Source: an uncultured Solibacteraceae bacterium (GTDB lineage: Bacteria > Acidobacteriota > Terriglobia > Bryobacterales > Bryobacteraceae). Taken from it: a stretch of DNA of 64,000 bases. Below are positions 62,080-64,000 of this stretch, piece after piece (positions within the stretch are counted from its first letter, which is position 1; each line of letters begins with the position of its first letter). The notes beneath the pieces were generated by a model. It was not told where the DNA came from. It did not search any database and worked only from the letters and a program-made list of their open reading frames with translations. The DNA lies in contig CAZDIZ010000002.1 of NCBI GenBank assembly GCA_964505625.1, positions 9,803-73,802 on the forward strand, read 5' to 3'. The position numbers were made by a program, and so were the translations under genes.

Positions 62080-64000
62080 ATGTACATCAACATCGACAGA
62101 ACCAGCAGGATACGTGTGCTTGCCGTGATCGCCTTCCTGATGCTGCTCACCTTGACGCTCCACGGTCAGACCGGCTACGGCGTGGTCAAGGGAACCGTTC
62201 AAGATGCCAGCCGCGCCGCGATACCAAATGCTCAAGTCACCCTGACAAACACGCAGACCAATGTCTCACACAAGGGGGCTGCCTCGGGTTTCGGTATCTA
62301 CTACTTCCCCAGCGTTCCTCAGGGACAATACCGGCTTGATGTGGAAGCCGCGGGTTTCAAACGATGGTCGGGCAATCTGACCTTGGGGGTGGGACAAACT
62401 GCTGTCATCGATCCCGTCATGGAAGTGGGCAGCACCGACACCAAGATCGAAGTGAAAGACGTCGCGCCGGTCATCCACACCTCCGGCATGGAGATCGGCG
62501 ATGTGAAGGACGGCCAGCGGATTGACATGCTGCCGCTCAACTCGCGGTTGATCCAGGACCTCTATTATCTGACTCCCGGCATGGAGGACAGCAGCAGCCC
62601 GCGTGCCAATGGACTGAAGCTTGGTTCGGTGGAAGTGTTTCTGGACGGTTCGGCGCAAACGAATCCCGTACTGGGCTATCACAGCGAAGAACGTGTGGCT
62701 GGTTTGGGATCGATTGCCGAGTTCCGCGTCGAAACGAATGGTTCCGACGCGCGCTACTCCAATCCAGCGTCGGTTACGCTCGTCACGAAGAGCGGCACGA
62801 ACGACTTCCATGGCGACCTCATGGAGCAGCACCGGAACAACTCCGCCGGTTTGAGGACCCGCACACGCCAGGATGGCAACGCGGCGTCCAAGTACATCAG
62901 AAACGAGTTTTCGATTTCCTCCGGAGGACCGCTGTATCTTCCCAAGCTCTACAACGGGCGGAACAGGACTTTCTGGTTCTTCAACTATGAAGGCGGCCGT
63001 ATGGTGAGCATGGGCAGCTTCCGCCAGACGACCGTCCCGACGGCCGCGATGTGGGGCGGCGATTTCAGCCAGATCATCGACACCAGCGGCAGGCAGACGC
63101 ATATCTACGATCCGCTTACGACCAACAGTCAAGGAATCCGGCAACCGTTCGCGGGCGACATTATCCCGGCGAACCGGATCAACGCGATGTATACGAAGCT
63201 CGGCAAAATGACCATTGCGCCGTCGCGGCTGACGAATCCATACCAGGGGACGAATTTCGATGCGCAATATCCGTATCTGCGCAATGACGATGTCTGGTCG
63301 CTGAAAGGCGATCATCGCATCTCGGACAAAGACTCGCTTTCGGTCCGCTTTACCAGCAGCAGACAGCCGGCAACCGTTCAAGGCAACAACTCCGGGCTCG
63401 GATTCCCGGCGCGAGACCTTGCCAATCCATTCGGCAGTGGCGCGTATCTCACGGAGCGAAAGTCCGGGTCGTTGACGCAGACCCACATCTTCTCGCCATC
63501 GCTGTTCAGCGAGCTGCTACTCACGGCCAGCGTCGAACACCGCGATACCGGCTCACTGGCCGATGACGTCCCCTACGCCAAGGAATTGGGACTGCCGACG
63601 CCGTTTTCCTATACCGGCTGGCCCAACATTTCGGCGGGATTCATTTCCTGGAGGTGTCCGGACCTCACCAACCAGCACCTGGCGCGCTACTCGCTGGACG
63701 AGAACCTGACGTGGCTCAAGGGCAAGCATTCGGTGAGATTCGGTGGCAGGCTCCGTTACGGCTATTACAACATACGGAACTTGGCCACTCCGGCCGGGTC
63801 GGCGACGTTTGGCGCGACGTGGACCGCGCTCTACGACCCCGTCAGTGACTCAACTGTATCTCGCACCGGAGACGGTCTGGCGGCGATGGCCCTGGGCCTG
63901 CCCACCAACTTGAGCATTCGTTACAACCGCGAGTACTTCTACTTAAAAGAACCTGAAGTCGCGTTCTACTTCAACGATAGTTGGAAAGCGACGCGGCGTT
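62080..64000 (+). CDS. TonB-dependent receptor with an N-terminal carboxypeptidase-regulatory-like domain (3' end off the window)
   Basis: My own translation: MYINIDRTSRIRVLAVIAFLMLLTLTLHGQTGYGVVKGTVQDASRAAIPNAQVTLTNTQTNVSHKGAASGFGIYYFPSVPQGQYRLDVEAAGFKRW... The frame stays open to 64000. Typical acidobacterial TBDR architecture. Absent from the track for lack of a stop. Confidence 0.8.
   Translation, partial: MYINIDRTSRIRVLAVIAFLMLLTLTLHGQTGYGVVKGTVQDASRAAIPNAQVTLTNTQTNVSHKGAASGFGIYYFPSVPQGQYRLDVEAAGFKRWSGNLTLGVGQTAVIDPVMEVGSTDTKIEVKDVAPVIHTSGMEIGDVKDGQRIDMLPLNSRLIQDLYYLTPGMEDSSSPRANGLKLGSVEVFLDGSAQTNPVLGYHSEERVAGLGSIAEFRVETNGSDARYSNPASVTLVTKSGTNDFHGDLMEQHRNNSAGLRTRTRQDGNAASKYIRNEFSISSGGPLYLPKLYNGRNRTFWFFNYEGGRMVSMGSFRQTTVPTAAMWGGDFSQIIDTSGRQTHIYDPLTTNSQGIRQPFAGDIIPANRINAMYTKLGKMTIAPSRLTNPYQGTNFDAQYPYLRNDDVWSLKGDHRISDKDSLSVRFTSSRQPATVQGNNSGLGFPARDLANPFGSGAYLTERKSGSLTQTHIFSPSLFSELLLTASVEHRDTGSLADDVPYAKELGLPTPFSYTGWPNISAGFISWRCPDLTNQHLARYSLDENLTWLKGKHSVRFGGRLRYGYYNIRNLATPAGSATFGATWTALYDPVSDSTVSRTGDGLAAMALGLPTNLSIRYNREYFYLKEPEVAFYFNDSWKATRR

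Noticed and set aside
62266-63486. 406-aa minus-strand ORF
   Set aside because: It is antisense to the TonB-dependent receptor frame, which has a clear signal peptide and a CarboxypepD_reg domain and stays open to the window end.

Overview
High-GC (roughly 60-65% by eye) chromosomal segment, gene-dense on both strands. I call about 60 protein genes and one tRNA-Leu(UAA). I found no rRNA, CRISPR array, transposase, integrase or phage gene. The gene content points to an Acidobacteriota genome of the Solibacter/Bryobacter type; this is inference, not a search result. The indicators are a VWFA-related acidobacterial-type protein, a carboxypeptidase-regulatory-domain TonB-dependent receptor, many twin-arginine (Tat) exported Gfo/Idh/MocA oxidoreductases, xylose-isomerase-like TIM-barrel proteins, and HEAT-repeat proteins. 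Housekeeping genes (purC, cvpA, galU, queD, dinG, der, rlpA, comEC, a 7Fe ferredoxin) are interspersed with carbohydrate and accessory modules. I see no recognisable canonical defence or mobile system. The points I think most deserve follow-up are: (1) a translationally coupled five-gene operon (SorC regulator, G1P-dehydrogenase-like, HAD-IIA phosphatase, GlpD/EryB-like FAD dehydrogenase, UxaE-like epimerase) that looks like an undescribed polyol-phosphate pathway; (2) a five-gene minus-strand operon ending in tandem GH123/DUF4091-like genes, one of which has lost the candidate catalytic Glu and about 55 residues; (3) a ~1.3 kb low-GC islet carrying a lone PD-(D/E)xK-type nuclease gene; (4) a 23-codon Lys-rich micro-ORF with a near-consensus promoter, a UUCG-capped leader hairpin and an intrinsic terminator; (5) a LacI-controlled divergent promoter region with operator-like palindromes inside a glycan-utilisation locus; (6) an unusual FGE-sulfatase-domain/beta-propeller fusion protein. 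Many long ORFs in the supplied track are R/G/A-rich antisense artefacts of high GC and were rejected. All functional calls rest on my recognition of motifs in the translations. No database search was run.
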